From assembly GCA_021613535.1 (NCBI GenBank), contig CP075493.1, forward strand, positions 15,996,001 to 16,060,000: 64,000 nt of DNA, written 5' to 3'. The position numbers were made by a program, and so were the translations under genes. This stretch comes from Adineta vaga. Taxonomy: Eukaryota > Animalia > Rotifera. The notes beneath the pieces were generated by a model. It searched no databases. It saw nothing but the letters and a program-made list of their open reading frames with translations, and was not told where the DNA came from. Positions 13,366 to 25,105 of the stretch are shown piece after piece; positions within the stretch are counted from its first letter, which is position 1, and each line of letters opens with the position of its first letter.

Positions 13366-15294
13366 TTATAATTTCTTTTTTACAATTTCAATACTCTTTC
13401 GAACACTTTCAAGATCAGGATGATTAGGAGGTAGTGCACGTTTTCGAATATCTAGAGCACGTTCGAAAAATGAAAGCGCTTTTGAATAATCATTTGTTTG
13501 TCTATAAGCCCAACCGATGTTGCTGTAAGAAGTAGCTAAACTGGGATGACCTGGTGGAAGAACTTTTTCTTTGATTTCCAATGCTTTTTCATAATAGGAA
13601 AGTGCTTTCGAATAGTCACCCAAATCATCATATACACCTCCGATATTGTTGTACGAAGTAGCCAACTGAGGATCATTTGTAGAAAGAGTTTTTTGACGAA
13701 TTTCCAATGCTTTTTCATAAGATGACAATGCTTTGGAATTCTCACCCATCTTCCAATATATTGCAGCAATGTTGTTGCAAGATGTAGCCACATCAGAGTG
13801 TGTGGGTGGCAAAATCTTCTGAAGGATTTCGTATGATTTTTCATAAAATGCAAGTGCTTCCGCATTTGCTTCTTGATTATCTTTTACTAATCCTAGCATA
13901 TGATAAATATTTGCTTTATCATGCTCATTTGTTGTTTGACCAAGCATGATTTCAAATATTTGTTGTGCCTTGTTAAATTGTCCAATTTTAATCAATAAAT
14001 TGCCTAATCGGTACCATCCTGTAAGATGAGGAAATATCTCTTGTCGTATACGTTCAGTTAAACTACGAAGTTGCGGATCGTTATCATTGGTTAGAGTTAA
14101 ATTCACTTGCCAAAGGCGATTATTCCCATCCATTTGTTCGATTTGTTCGATGCGAAAGACCGAGTGCATAGAGAAGAGAATTTCTTCTTCTCCTTCAAAA
14201 CAACTGACGTTGCGCACATTAGCGAATGGTGTTGAAGGAATAGAGGAATCGATGTTCATGACGAATAATATACCCATCATATCGGATGTTTCCATAGTTT
14301 GACGAGCAAAGCTAAGAGATACTTGACGATTAGTACTCGTGGATAAGAAATTATTAAATGATAGTAGACCACCTTTTGTTTCCATCATTTGGTCAAAGTC
14401 CTTTTGAGACAAACCTTGACCACGATATACGGAGAATGAGGCGTTGCGATCATGCCCGGCGAACTGTGTTGAATGAAGTTCGGTTAGGTGCTGATGTAAG
14501 TCGTGAATAAAAAAGCCCATGGTCACGATGAGTTCCACGTCCATCGTACGTAAACATCGATTAAGCGTGCTGTACAGAAATGACTGATAAGTGTACCACC
14601 AGACAGGTGTGTGTAGACGATATTCACGCTCAATTTTGTCGACATTTTTTAATTCGATATTATTACCAACCAATTGCTCACGAAAGTATTGAATAAAATC
14701 ATTAATATGTACTTGTTCAAAGTCGATGGTTAAAAGTATTTCCTTCAGTATCTGAGTATACATGAAAGATTGATCTAATTGATCAAGATTATTATTTTTT
14801 ATTCCACCACTAAATGGTACGAAGCTCATTGAAATGTTGTTTTGATCACAATCTTGGACGGTCTTTTTCAGTGCTTTACAGATAGATTCTATCTCTGTGA
14901 AGACACCCTTTACTTTAGGCCATTCTTGAGTCCATTGTTCATTTCGTTTCTGTTTTCCACAAAAAATGAAAATAGTACTTATCTGTGGTTTGTCGTGCAC
15001 AATGGGTACTGTTGTTTGTCCATATGCATCTGAAAAGATGATAAATGCTTTTTCTTCTTGTATGCCATCAATGAAGTTAACACAGTCATCGACATCTGTG
15101 AATGTATAGATGGTATTTACAATTCCACGTAGTTGTGAAATGGTGTTTTGACAGTCCCTGTTGTCTGCACTGATATTGGCATCGAGCCAAAGCAGTAAAA
15201 AATTTTGAATCCGATGTGCACGAGATGGCCTTCGAAATCTTACGTTCGTACATTGTGGAGTCGCAGCCGTTGTTTGATATTTTTTCTCGGTCAT
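13366..15294 (-). CDS. NAD:arginine ADP-ribosyltransferase-like domain plus C-terminal TPR repeats
   Basis: Intact ORF with VYRGQG, FLSTS and EEE (R-S-E) motifs and several kinesin-light-chain-like TPRs; ATG at 15294 chosen as start. Confidence 0.85.
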   Translation of the reverse strand: MTEKKYQTTAATPQCTNVRFRRPSRAHRIQNFLLLWLDANISADNRDCQNTISQLRGIVNTIYTFTDVDDCVNFIDGIQEEKAFIIFSDAYGQTTVPIVHDKPQISTIFIFCGKQKRNEQWTQEWPKVKGVFTEIESICKALKKTVQDCDQNNISMSFVPFSGGIKNNNLDQLDQSFMYTQILKEILLTIDFEQVHINDFIQYFREQLVGNNIELKNVDKIEREYRLHTPVWWYTYQSFLYSTLNRCLRTMDVELIVTMGFFIHDLHQHLTELHSTQFAGHDRNASFSVYRGQGLSQKDFDQMMETKGGLLSFNNFLSTSTNRQVSLSFARQTMETSDMMGILFVMNIDSSIPSTPFANVRNVSCFEGEEEILFSMHSVFRIEQIEQMDGNNRLWQVNLTLTNDNDPQLRSLTERIRQEIFPHLTGWYRLGNLLIKIGQFNKAQQIFEIMLGQTTNEHDKANIYHMLGLVKDNQEANAEALAFYEKSYEILQKILPPTHSDVATSCNNIAAIYWKMGENSKALSSYEKALEIRQKTLSTNDPQLATSYNNIGGVYDDLGDYSKALSYYEKALEIKEKVLPPGHPSLATSYSNIGWAYRQTNDYSKALSFFERALDIRKRALPPNHPDLESVRKSIEIVKKKL

Positions 15295-15557
15295 GTAGAG
15301 TGTGAACGAACGAACAAAATACTTCACTTTATATAATATCTGATTTTTTTCTTTCTATCTAACTTCTTCCATTGTCAGAATTGTCACAAGACAAACGGGA
15401 GATGAATAACAGAAAACTCACGTGGTAACGAATGAAAGAACGCAAAAAATATGTCCTTAAGTTCCGTTTGTTGTCAATGACAGTGGAGAAAAAAATCCTT
15501 ACACTCCCTTTTGATCAGATGTTCGGAGATGCAACTATATCCTAGTTGGAGAGAACT

Positions 15558-15763
15558 TCGGATACTTTAATGGTAGAACAGCCGACCGGTTATCGGAAGA
15601 TGTAGGTTCGAGTCCTGCTCTGATTTAATGATCTTTCTTTACAAGTTTTTCGTACTTTTTTAGACATTTCCATGTGGTTGCATTTTATTGAAATTTATTT
15701 ATATTTCCGTGGATAGAAGATGTGATTACTTAAGTTTTTTAACTCTTTAAATAAATTATCTAA
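15558..15763 (+). mobile_element. tRNA-headed SINE-like repeat, copy 1
   Basis: Box A-like TAATGGTAGAA, box B GGTTCGAGTCC; ~180 bp closely matches 40083-40265; ends directly in a (CACACC)n half-site. Confidence 0.65.
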
Positions 15764-15789
15764 ACACACCTACACCCACACCCTCACCC
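15764..15789. repeat. Telomere-like linker, C-rich half-site
   Basis: ACACACCTACACCCACACCCTCACCC. Confidence 0.85.
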
Positions 15790-16736
15790 GCATTTCTCGG
15801 TAGATATGTTCTTTCAAAATCACTTATTACATCTTGTTGTGAAATATTTTCATTTGAATATTGCTGACGGCAATAAGTAATTAAATCATTTATAGATGTT
15901 TGATTACAAATAGATAGATCAAATAAACTTTCAATTAGTAAATAATACCAAGTAAATGATGTAGTTTTACTTTGATTTGTTGATTCTTCTATTGGTAAAG
16001 GATCAAGAATACTTACAGATGTTAAATCTTTTGTACATACTTCGATATCTTCGATAATTAAACGAAATAATTCAGTTGTATTATTTAAAATTTGAAGATT
16101 AAATTTCTTTGAAATTGTAATTACTTGATCATTCGTTGTGTTTTGTTCATTTGTTAAAACATATAAATATAATTTGTAAAAAATCATCTAAGAATGGTAG
16201 AATATCATATGCCAATTCATAATCAATGATTAAAAATATATTTGATGTTTTTAATTCACTGATAAAATCAATAAGAGCATCATTTGAATAATATATTATA
16301 ATATTTCTACCATGTAATGATTCATTTTGCTTTGTATTATCATTGGTTAACCAAATAATACAAACATAATTATCGATTGGTTCAATAAATTCAGATTTTG
16401 TTGTATTTAAACATTCCCGTAGAAGATTATTACTAAAAGGATTTTCATCAGTTAAAAATGATCTATCTAATAATAGAAATGATCGTTGATAATCTTCTTC
16501 AAGTTTTTCTTCCGTTTTATTCATTTATAAGTAATACCTATGTGATAATATATACGTGAATATATTCACATGTTTGCCAAGTGCTCGTTTTGGAAGAAGA
16601 GAATGAATAAGCAGTGAACCGTAGAAAATTATTTTGATTTTGATGATTGCTTGCAAAAAATGACTCATCATATTTAGTCATATATTTTAGTTTTCGTTTT
16701 GATGAGAATATAGTTGAATTTTTGCTCATCGCCTTT
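15790..16736 (-). pseudogene. 5' part of an ART-family-like gene; frameshifted, transposon-interrupted, truncated at a linker
   Basis: IIWL and LITYCRQQY..ISDFERTYLPRNA resemble the N-terminal region of the ART-TPR paralogs; the frame runs straight into the linker (GEGVGV). Confidence 0.55.
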
Positions 16737-18724
16737 CCCATGTGAAATTTTTTTGGTTATAAACGCGTTTGAAAACGCATCCGAAACGCGTCTTATAAAC
16801 GCATCTGGACGCATCCTACATGAAACATCTGATGCGTCTAGATGCGTTTCGAGGATGCGTTCAGATGCGTTTCACAGATGCGTTTAGACGCGCTTGAAAA
16901 CAAAACGCGTTCAAACGCATCCGAATAATCGGTGAAACACCTGACGCGTCAGACGCGTTTCGAAAAAATTGCAAAAAAAAAGATTTTTTTGTACTCTTAG
17001 ATTTGAACTATGTTACCATCAGAACCTCATGATGGTCATCTCTATCCTAGTGGCATAGTACAGAATATATTTTATGACTTACATAATTAATTTTGATTTG
17101 TGCGATGAACGAGACTAGAACATATGAACATGTGAATAGAAAACAAGTGACTTACGATTGAGCCATATATGCTCGATGAACTATCATTTATATATAGATA
17201 TCATTTTAAAATTCAATTCTACTTAAATAATAAATGTCTTTATAGCAAAGAATTATATTTTCGATTAGATTACATATTTTCTGATATTCATAATTAATTA
17301 ATATTCAGTTCAATAACAGAAACCATCTTTTATCAAAACTCGTATATATTTTCATATTTAGTTTACTTTGATCTATATTGGAAAATAAAATAAGCTAATT
17401 GAAGTATAAAATAGAATTATTTAAGAAAAATATGAATCTTATTCGAATTTTAATAATACAAAAAAACATAAAAATTCGAGAATTAGTTTTTTGAACTATC
17501 ATGAAAAAAAGTTACTTCGACGAAGAAACAAATTTATCTTTCTATTTTTTATATTTAATTCAAATGTAAACAAAAATCTTATAGTTTTAACAATATTTCG
17601 TAAAAAGATCCATTAAAATATGAAATACAAATTAAATTCAATAAAATAAATAATTACAATTGAATAATTATTATCTAATATTTTCTTTTCTACAAGATCA
17701 AAAACGAAATATATTTATTTATATATAATAAGAATAGTAAACTCTTTATTCTCTAAATATTAAATGAAAAACAAAAAAAAAATGAGAATTATGTGAATAT
17801 TATTTATAAATACATCTTCTATTTTCTTGAGTTCTATTATTTTGTTTTGATAAACTTCTTTACACATTTGGTTGGTTTTCTTTCCAATCAATAATGTTAA
17901 AGGATTATTTATATTTAAATTTTGTTTATGAAAATTATTCCTTTTACCTCTATTCTATATCTGCAATTCATGTTTTTGATTAAATACTTCTTTTCCCATT
18001 TGCGTAATTTAAACTGAAATCTTCGACTAAAAAAAAGAATTTCAATGGAAACAGAACTAAAATAGTCTATATGATAAAGATATTAACTTCTGTTCTAAGA
18101 TGACACAATTATATAGAAATATTTCATGACTCGTATCTAATCAACAACAACTCTTAAATTTATTGAATCAAACACAAAAAAATATTTTCTAAAACCATAG
18201 TTTTATCTTTATATCAAAAAGCTGTTTCGAGACCTTTTTATCGAAATCCATTCGCATCTGGAACGCGTCTGAACGCGTTTATCATCCAGGTTATCTCTAA
18301 AACGCATTCGAATATCAACATTAGTGAAACGCGTTCCTATTTCCAACGCGCTTAATCGCGTTTCTTAGATCAAACGCGTTAGAACGCACGTATCAGACGC
18401 GTCTAAACGCTTTCTAAGTTCAGACGCATCGGGACGCATGTTTCAGACGCGTCTAAACGCTTTCTCAGTCCAAACGCAGTAGGACGCGTGCTTCAAACGC
18501 GTGCAAACGCTCTCGTCTCAGGAAATGGGCAAAAACGCGATATAGAAACGAAACGCGTTTATGTTTTAAGTGCGTCTGGACGCGTTTCTTACTAGGAACG
18601 CGTTCGAACGCGCCCATAGGATGCGTTTAAACGCGGTACAAGTATCATTTGAAACATTAAACGCGTTCAAACGCAGACTAAACGCGTTTAAACGCGTTTT
18701 TTCTGCGTTTCAGTGTTACATGGG
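16737..18724. mobile_element. Non-autonomous TIR DNA transposon (CMC/EnSpm-like) with subterminal ACGCGT arrays
   Basis: Ends CCCATGT...ACATGGG; TT on both flanks; dense AAACGCGTTT/ACGCATC repeats at 16760-16960 and 18250-18710; removing it restores the frame NNVFLKAMSK. Confidence 0.75.
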
Positions 18725-19539
18725 TTAGAAAAACATTATTGTTATTCGATGAAATTATCTTTCGTTGGCTTTTTGGTACATTAGACTGTATTTATTACCA
18801 GATTGGATTGAAAAAATGTTGACTAATTTTTAAAAATCCGTCGCGAAATATTGTAGCAAAGAGTGTATACATATGGAATATTAGTTGAATGCGCTATACG
18901 AAAAATGTTATATCATATGACTAATATAGTGGAGATAATGACGAAATCTGCTATTGGATCTTTCAAAAAGATTATTTGTTACATCTAACCGGCTTATTTG
19001 CTTAAAATTTGTTATTTATTTCCTGGTAAGTGTGAATTAACTTTTTCCCAGTAATAAAAATAGCAAGAAAGGAATGATATTTCTTCGACAGTTTTCTGCT
19101 TGATTTTTACAATCATAACAGAAGTATTTACGATTTTTTTTCTTAACAAACAGAAAAGAAGGAAGAAAAGTTCATTCTCTGTATGTTTGTTATTAACAAA
19201 TCCGTTTCTATAGTGCTCTTTATGTTGCTTTTTCGAATGATTAAACGTAATACATTGAAGAAAAACGCAGTGCCGCTTTAAAAATAGAAGAATATCCCTT
19301 TGGCTCTACTTTGCTCAAAAATAGAAATATCAAAACATGACGTGGCAGGTGGTGCCATCGGTTTGATATTTTCGTCATTGGACATTTTTTACTTCCGATT
19401 AGATTAGAATTAGCTTATGTGAGTCAAATATATTTTTTATGGAATAATATCAGTGCATAATATTAACTATGGGATCAACACATAGCAAACAGACATAATT
19501 GTTCAAAGAAAAGATTCTCCAAATGATGAACAAATCAAT

Positions 19540-19670
19540 ACCAGAATGGTTCAAAATATTTTACTCATTTGATTAGATGACACAATTGATGAAACAAATA
19601 TAGATTGTCAAAATGCTGTCACTCATCTACGACGGGCGATCAAGATCATTAATATTTTCACTAATAGTGA
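19540..19670 (+). pseudogene. N-terminal fragment of a third ART-TPR-family gene
   Basis: RMVQNILLI*LDDTIDETNIDCQNAVTHLRRAIKIINIFTNSD matches the paralog N-termini; contains an in-frame stop. Confidence 0.65.
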
Positions 19671-19747
19671 TAATTAGGGGTGAGTCACTTAACTTAATTC
19701 GACTTAATTAAGTGATTAAATTAAGTCAAATGACCCACCCCTAATTA
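19671..19747. mobile_element. 77-bp palindromic MITE-like element
   Basis: TAATTAGGGGTGAGTCACTTAACTTAATT ... AATTAAGTCAAATGACCCACCCCTAATTA. Confidence 0.65.
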
Positions 19748-20102
19748 CTATCATCTTGGTAAAATGGAAAATATTTGGAATGGTCAAGTAACAAAACATA
19801 TGGTCGACCCAAGGCAGCTATTGAAAAATATCTCGCACGAATGGAATACTATGAGGAAAAGACTAGAGATGCAAGTGATGATTTCGAATATGCTAAACAT
19901 TCAAGACCATGAAATAATGAAATAGAAAATTTGTAAATTGTTTAACTAGAAAATAGTATTTGCTTATTCCAATCAGCAACGAAAGTCCTTCCAAGAGTTC
20001 ACCAAGTTCGATTTGATTTTCCTGAAATCGTGATCGAAGTGAATTGATTTGTTGTTGAAGAAATGCACCTTTTTTGCTCATCTTTTTGTTTTCATCCATG
20101 AC

Positions 20103-20165
20103 CATCTTGAGGGTGGGTGTGAGTAGATATCTAAGCAAAACACCCAAACCCATACCCCTCAGGAT
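20103..20165. repeat. Telomere-like inverted linker (two-armed, partly diverged)
   Basis: CATCTTGAGGGTGGGTGTGAGT, spacer, then ACACCCAAACCCATACCCCTCAGGAT. Confidence 0.85.
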
Positions 20166-20209
20166 TTTGCGAGAAATAATTTTATACTATTTGCTCAGGA
20201 GCATGTACA

Positions 20210-20282
20210 AGCAGTGTGGCGCAGTTGGTAGCGCGTTGGTCTCATAATCCGAAGGTCACTAGATCGAAACTACTCTCTGCTA
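20210..20282 (+). tRNA. Initiator tRNA-Met(CAT)-like gene, possibly degenerate
   Basis: AGCAGTGTGGCGCAG...CTCATAA...GATCGAAAC...CTCTGCTA; A1:T72 pair and ATCG T-loop typical of eukaryotic tRNA-iMet; single mismatches in three stems. Confidence 0.75.
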
Positions 20283-20852
20283 TATTTCATTTTTGCAATT
20301 TTCTCCCTGAATTAATTTTCACAGGCGACGTAAAAAAGCACCCAATTTATGCAGATTGAAAGCACTGGTTTTTTTTTTTTTATCATCTACTGCCAAAAAA
20401 TACAAACAGTTATTTTATTTAAAATATAGAAACTGACTGTGGTCATGTGTATTTCTTAATGCCACTGTGATCCTACTGAAAACGTTTTCAACAAATATAT
20501 AACAATTATAGTGCACTAGTGAAAAAGAGAAGGTGATTAAACTAGGTAAGAACGGATCATTGTATCTATAACATTATATTGCCATTCTATTACGTATGAA
20601 GTTTCTTTTGGCAAAGAAGGAGAACAAAAAACTTCTTTGATTTTATTTATTAAGAATATTAATCATAGATGAAGAGAAGATTAGATATTGACCACGACAT
20701 GTTTCAAATAGCATCAAAAAATATATCGGTTAGAATAAAAATTAATAAAGAACGCCTCTAATTTCGTTATCTAAAAGCAGAAGGTGTAGAAAAATCGTGG
20801 AAATAATTAGTGAATATGTCCATATGTTCGTTCATAGATTGAAAAATGTATT

Positions 20853-22550
20853 CTATCGCGGTACACATTGTTTTCTTGTAACAGTAGTTCCGTTGGTACT
20901 GCTAACTGTTACCTGACCACATTGACATTTGCAACAGTCTGTATCTCTTCTACATTGTTCCTGTGCTGGGCATCCTTTCGCACATATCGGTTGTATATAA
21001 GGATTCAAACATGAGCCATAATCTTGGTTGTTATGTCGAAAACACTGGCATTCGATGTCAGGGACACAACAGTCGGCATCTTCTGTACATTGTTTAGCTG
21101 AACAGCAACTGGATGAAGCATATGGTGTCGTCGTCGTTGTTGATGGTGATAAAGTCGAGGTAGTGATTGATGTTGTATTTGGCTGATCAATGCATACTTG
21201 TGTAGATGGATCACGAATACAGTGAACGAGGTAATCACCGACACATCGTTGAATAAAAGAATCATAACATACACCATTACATAATTGCATTTGATTTTCT
21301 TGATAATTATAATAATATCCATTGGTCACATTACAAGCTGTCACATTATTAACACATACTTCTGTGTATCGAAGACATCGTTGATTGCACGATCGATATG
21401 GATGCTGACAAAGTGTATTATTGAAACATCCTTGTGACGTGGGATTGTAGCATTGATAAGTTGGTGGATTATATGCATATCCATAGTTACTCTCGTATTT
21501 AACAACACACAACTGTTCACTAAGACGACATACTGTTCCATTAAAACATTGTTGCGACGTTGAGTTGTAACATGAACCAGAACAGTTATTAATACATCGG
21601 ATAGTACCATTTAAACATCGTTGAGTAAAAGAATCGTAGCACACACCATTACATAATTGCATTTGATTTTCTTGATAATTATAATAATATCCATTTGTCA
21701 CATTACAAGCTGTCACATTATTAACACATACTTCTGTGTATCGAAGACATCGTTGATTGCACGATCGATATGGATGCTGGCAAAGTGTATTATTGAAACA
21801 TCCTTGTGACGTGGGATTGTAGCATTGATAAGTTGGTGGATTATATGCATATCCATAGTTACTCTCGTATTTAACAACGCACAATTGTTCACTAAGACTA
21901 CATACTGTTCCATTAAAACATTGTTGCGACGTTGAGTTGTAACATGAACCAGAACAGTTATTAATACATCGGATAGTACCATTTAAACATCGTTGAGTAA
22001 AAGAATCGTAGCACACACCATTACATAATTGCATTTGATTTTCTTGATAATTATAATAATATCCATTTGTCACATTACAAGCTGTCACATTATTAACACA
22101 CACTTCTGTGTATCGAAGACATCGTTGATTGCACGATCGATATGGATGCTGACAAAGTGTATTATTGAAACATCCTTGTGACGTGGGATTGTAGCATTGA
22201 TAAAGTGGTGGATTATATACAGATCCAAAGCTACTCTCGTATTTAATAACACACAACTGTTCACTAAGACTACATACTGTTCCATTAAAACATTTCTGTG
22301 TACTTGGATTGTAACATTGACTTCCACAAACACTAATACATTGAATAACTGTGCCGAGGGCAGTGCACGATTGTGTAGTTGGATCATAACAAATACTTCC
22401 ACCACACAATAACTGTGAACTGGAACATGATACTGATGGCAGTTTAGTTGTTTCACTTTGAACATTTGATACAGCAAGAATAACAATGAGCATGCACACA
22501 CCCATACCTTCCTTCACACCACTTGATGCAAACATTGGATTGGAATTCAA
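20853..22550 (-). CDS. Secreted Cys-rich repeat protein (three ~124-aa repeats, S/T linker, Cys-rich C-terminal module)
   Basis: 565 aa ORF; signal-like hydrophobic segment; CGxxCYNPxxQxC units (galaxin/CBM52-like); true start is probably a downstream ATG. Confidence 0.8.
   Translation of the reverse strand: MNSNPMFASSGVKEGMGVCMLIVILAVSNVQSETTKLPSVSCSSSQLLCGGSICYDPTTQSCTALGTVIQCISVCGSQCYNPSTQKCFNGTVCSLSEQLCVIKYESSFGSVYNPPLYQCYNPTSQGCFNNTLCQHPYRSCNQRCLRYTEVCVNNVTACNVTNGYYYNYQENQMQLCNGVCYDSFTQRCLNGTIRCINNCSGSCYNSTSQQCFNGTVCSLSEQLCVVKYESNYGYAYNPPTYQCYNPTSQGCFNNTLCQHPYRSCNQRCLRYTEVCVNNVTACNVTNGYYYNYQENQMQLCNGVCYDSFTQRCLNGTIRCINNCSGSCYNSTSQQCFNGTVCRLSEQLCVVKYESNYGYAYNPPTYQCYNPTSQGCFNNTLCQHPYRSCNQRCLRYTEVCVNNVTACNVTNGYYYNYQENQMQLCNGVCYDSFIQRCVGDYLVHCIRDPSTQVCIDQPNTTSITTSTLSPSTTTTTPYASSSCCSAKQCTEDADCCVPDIECQCFRHNNQDYGSCLNPYIQPICAKGCPAQEQCRRDTDCCKCQCGQVTVSSTNGTTVTRKQCVPR
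21243..22310. repeat. Intragenic tandem repeat, 372-bp period, ~3 copies
   Basis: Near-identical blocks offset by 372 bp (shadow ORF boundaries at 21341, 21713, 22085). Confidence 0.9.
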
Positions 22551-23121
22551 ACTAAATACGTAGCACTAGCTATTTCAGCAGTTGGTGTTCTTAATCTAAA
22601 AATTGCAGTGGTAGCATAATCAGAGAAAGAAAGGTGTCTTCTAGTGGCCTATGAGAGTCGGGATGCAATCGTGACTAGCATTCACCAGTAACCATTTCAA
22701 CAGTTATCGGTATGGACCTAGAGTAGGTGTAGGATTGAAGTTGCTATTCGCGGAAATTTTTCATTTGAACGGCAGATTATGCACCTCTGCCGATTTGACT
22801 ATTCCTTGATCAAAATTTTGACGTTAGACTTTCTGGATTTGTGATAGTCAGTTGCACAGCAATACGAGTGTTAGTGATAGTCATCACCGTTGCTTCTCTA
22901 CTATGAGGGATTATACGATAGAGACAAGCTTTGTCTGTATGTGACTCTCAGTAACATATGAAAATGTCCCCTGTTGAGATATTGAAATTACAAGGGAGAA
23001 CGAGAGGAATACGAAATAACACGATCAGAACAGTACTCTTCCTGACTTTTACTTACTTGGTTTTTTATTTGATGTGTAGTGTCGAAATAGCAAATCACGT
23101 CAAGTCTTATATACAGCAAAC

Positions 23122-23753
23122 AAATCGTTCTTTACTTCCTTTTATCTTAAATAAGTATAGGCCATAAAGCACTTATCGAGTATGAAATAGTTATTCAGAA
23201 CTTTCCTAGGTAAACATCTGACTTTCTATGAATACACAATTGCTAATATGCAATTATTAACACAAGAGGAGACTTGAGATTCTTTACAGTTTATGAAATG
23301 AATAAAAGACCTTCTCGAACATTAGATCACAACATGATGCTAGAAACATTTTCGTCGTTTACTTTATATTTGTTTTGTATGCATGAGAGCATCATCTTGA
23401 AGAAAAGTGGTTGTACTCGAATCTTTTATGTCTACCCCAGTAATTACTTTTTGTAAACTTGTGACATCCCTCGTTGATTGTGACACTTTCATGCAAACAA
23501 AGCAAATATAAAGTAAACGACGAAAATGTTTCTAGCATCATGTTGTGATCTAATGTTCGAGAAGGTCTTTTATTCATTTCATAAACTGTAAAGAATCTCA
23601 AATCTCCTCTTGTGTTAATAATTGCATATTAGCAATTGTGTATTCATAGAAAGTCAGATGTTTACCTAGGAAAGTTCTGAATAACTATTTCATACTCGAT
23701 AAGTGCTTTATGGCCTATACTTATTTAAGATAAAGGGAAGTGAAGAACGATTT
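23122..23753. repeat. Long inverted repeat: ~265-bp arms, ~100-bp loop
   Basis: 23122-23386 is the near-perfect reverse complement of 23489-23753; mirror ORFs MRFFTVYEMNK on both strands. Confidence 0.9.
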
Positions 23754-24267
23754 TCTTCAGAGTTAGAATCCACAGAACCGGTTAGATCAAGCCGAGCTAG
23801 CTGGTACACCGAAAAGAATCATTTATTTAAATATATTCGATTAGAAATAGCGAAATAATTACTAAAAAGTACACATAAAAAGAAAAAGAAATTCATTGAC
23901 ATCAAGGATGATAGTACTTGCTTGTCGAATACATTCGACATTCGAAGGCATATTAGAATCTTTTATACTACATTGTATATGGAACTGGTCTATTTGTAAT
24001 CGATCACTCAATCGAATGGTAGCATGTTGAGTAACTGAGTTAGCATAATATGGGCCGAACTGAACACATCGAGCGCATATCTGATGATCACTAGTATAGA
24101 ACATTAATTAACACTGGCCACATTTGTTCACATCTACCGACGAATCGCATTGTAATAGTAGAGTCGTCGGTCGAATATCGAGAAAAACTTATGTCATGAA
24201 TGACGCAAGGATTTTCAAATCTTGAAGCGACAATTAGCTGATCTACGTGCGAGTACAATTCGTAAGT

Positions 24268-24343
24268 TTGAGGGTGTGAGTGGGTGTAGGTGGTTTGGAC
24301 AGAACACTAGCTAATTATCTAAACGCACACCCGCATCTACACC
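24268..24343. repeat. Telomere-like inverted linker (two-armed, diverged C arm)
   Basis: TTGAGGGTGTGAGTGGGTGTAGGTGG, spacer, then ACGCACACCCGCATCTACACC. Confidence 0.8.
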
Positions 24344-24767
24344 GACGCGGTCATAATTTAGAAGTTGAAGAAGCAGATTAATACTCGAATCGAATCAACG
24401 ATTTCTATACTACTCTATCTCGTTGGGATCTAAAGAGCTTTAACATCTAAATATTTTCCCTCGTAAACCGTCTCCCAAATCATGGTTTTTGCTGATCTTG
24501 TCAACTGGTTTTATAGCATTCTTTTTTGTAAATTTAATTAAATGAAGAATTTCTTTCAATGTTTATTATATTTGAATAAATAAATAGAGAAAAGATTATA
24601 AAGGAAAAAAGAAAAATGCGATAAGAACTAAAAACTAACTAAATTCGGAAAAAGGAAATATTCTGCTAAGTCGATTGTGTTAAGTGCATCCTGCAAAGAC
24701 AAAAATCAAGAAGTTACATTATAACAGTGGCAGAAATATAGCATACCTGTTGCTACCATATCAAGTA

Positions 24768-25048
24768 TTACACTACACACGCACCAACAGCATGAAAAGG
24801 AAGTTTAGGAGTATCACCATTACAACAACACTTGCAACAATTGAGACAAGCAGTGTTACCCATGCAGCGTTCAGTACAAGTAAAATAAAATTTAGTATTC
24901 GACTGACGATCATAAACACAAGTGTTGGTATTCGGGAGTTTACTGCCGGCGAAAAGAGAACAAGCAGTCGTATTACCAGCATCATAAACGGCATGAGCAC
25001 AAGCAAACATAGTACTACCAATATAGCCCCCAACAGCGTTGTAAGGAT
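24768..25048 (-). pseudogene. 3' part of a small Cys-rich protein gene, 5'-truncated at a linker
   Basis: YNAVGGYIGSTMFACAHAVY...CTERCMGNTACLNCCKCCC...*; the ORF N-terminus is linker-derived (EGVGV..TPTP). Confidence 0.55.
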
Positions 25049-25105
25049 AGGGTGTGGGTGTGATTACTATGTCTATCTTAACACCGACACCCACACCCTC
25101 AAGAT
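25049..25105. repeat. Telomere-like inverted linker (two-armed)
   Basis: AGGGTGTGGGTGTG, 18 nt spacer, then ACACCGACACCCACACCCTCAAGAT. Confidence 0.9.

Noticed and set aside
15558-15625. Functional tRNA gene
   Set aside because: Poor acceptor stem and anticodon loop; embedded in a longer duplicated repeat, so treated as a SINE-like head.
21005-22501. Repeated alternative-frame ORFs (MVLSDVLITV...)
   Set aside because: Shadow frames of the 372-bp repeats within the Cys-rich gene.
23274-23601. Twin ORFs MRFFTVYEMNK on opposite strands
   Set aside because: By-product of the inverted repeat; non-ATG start and no coding features.
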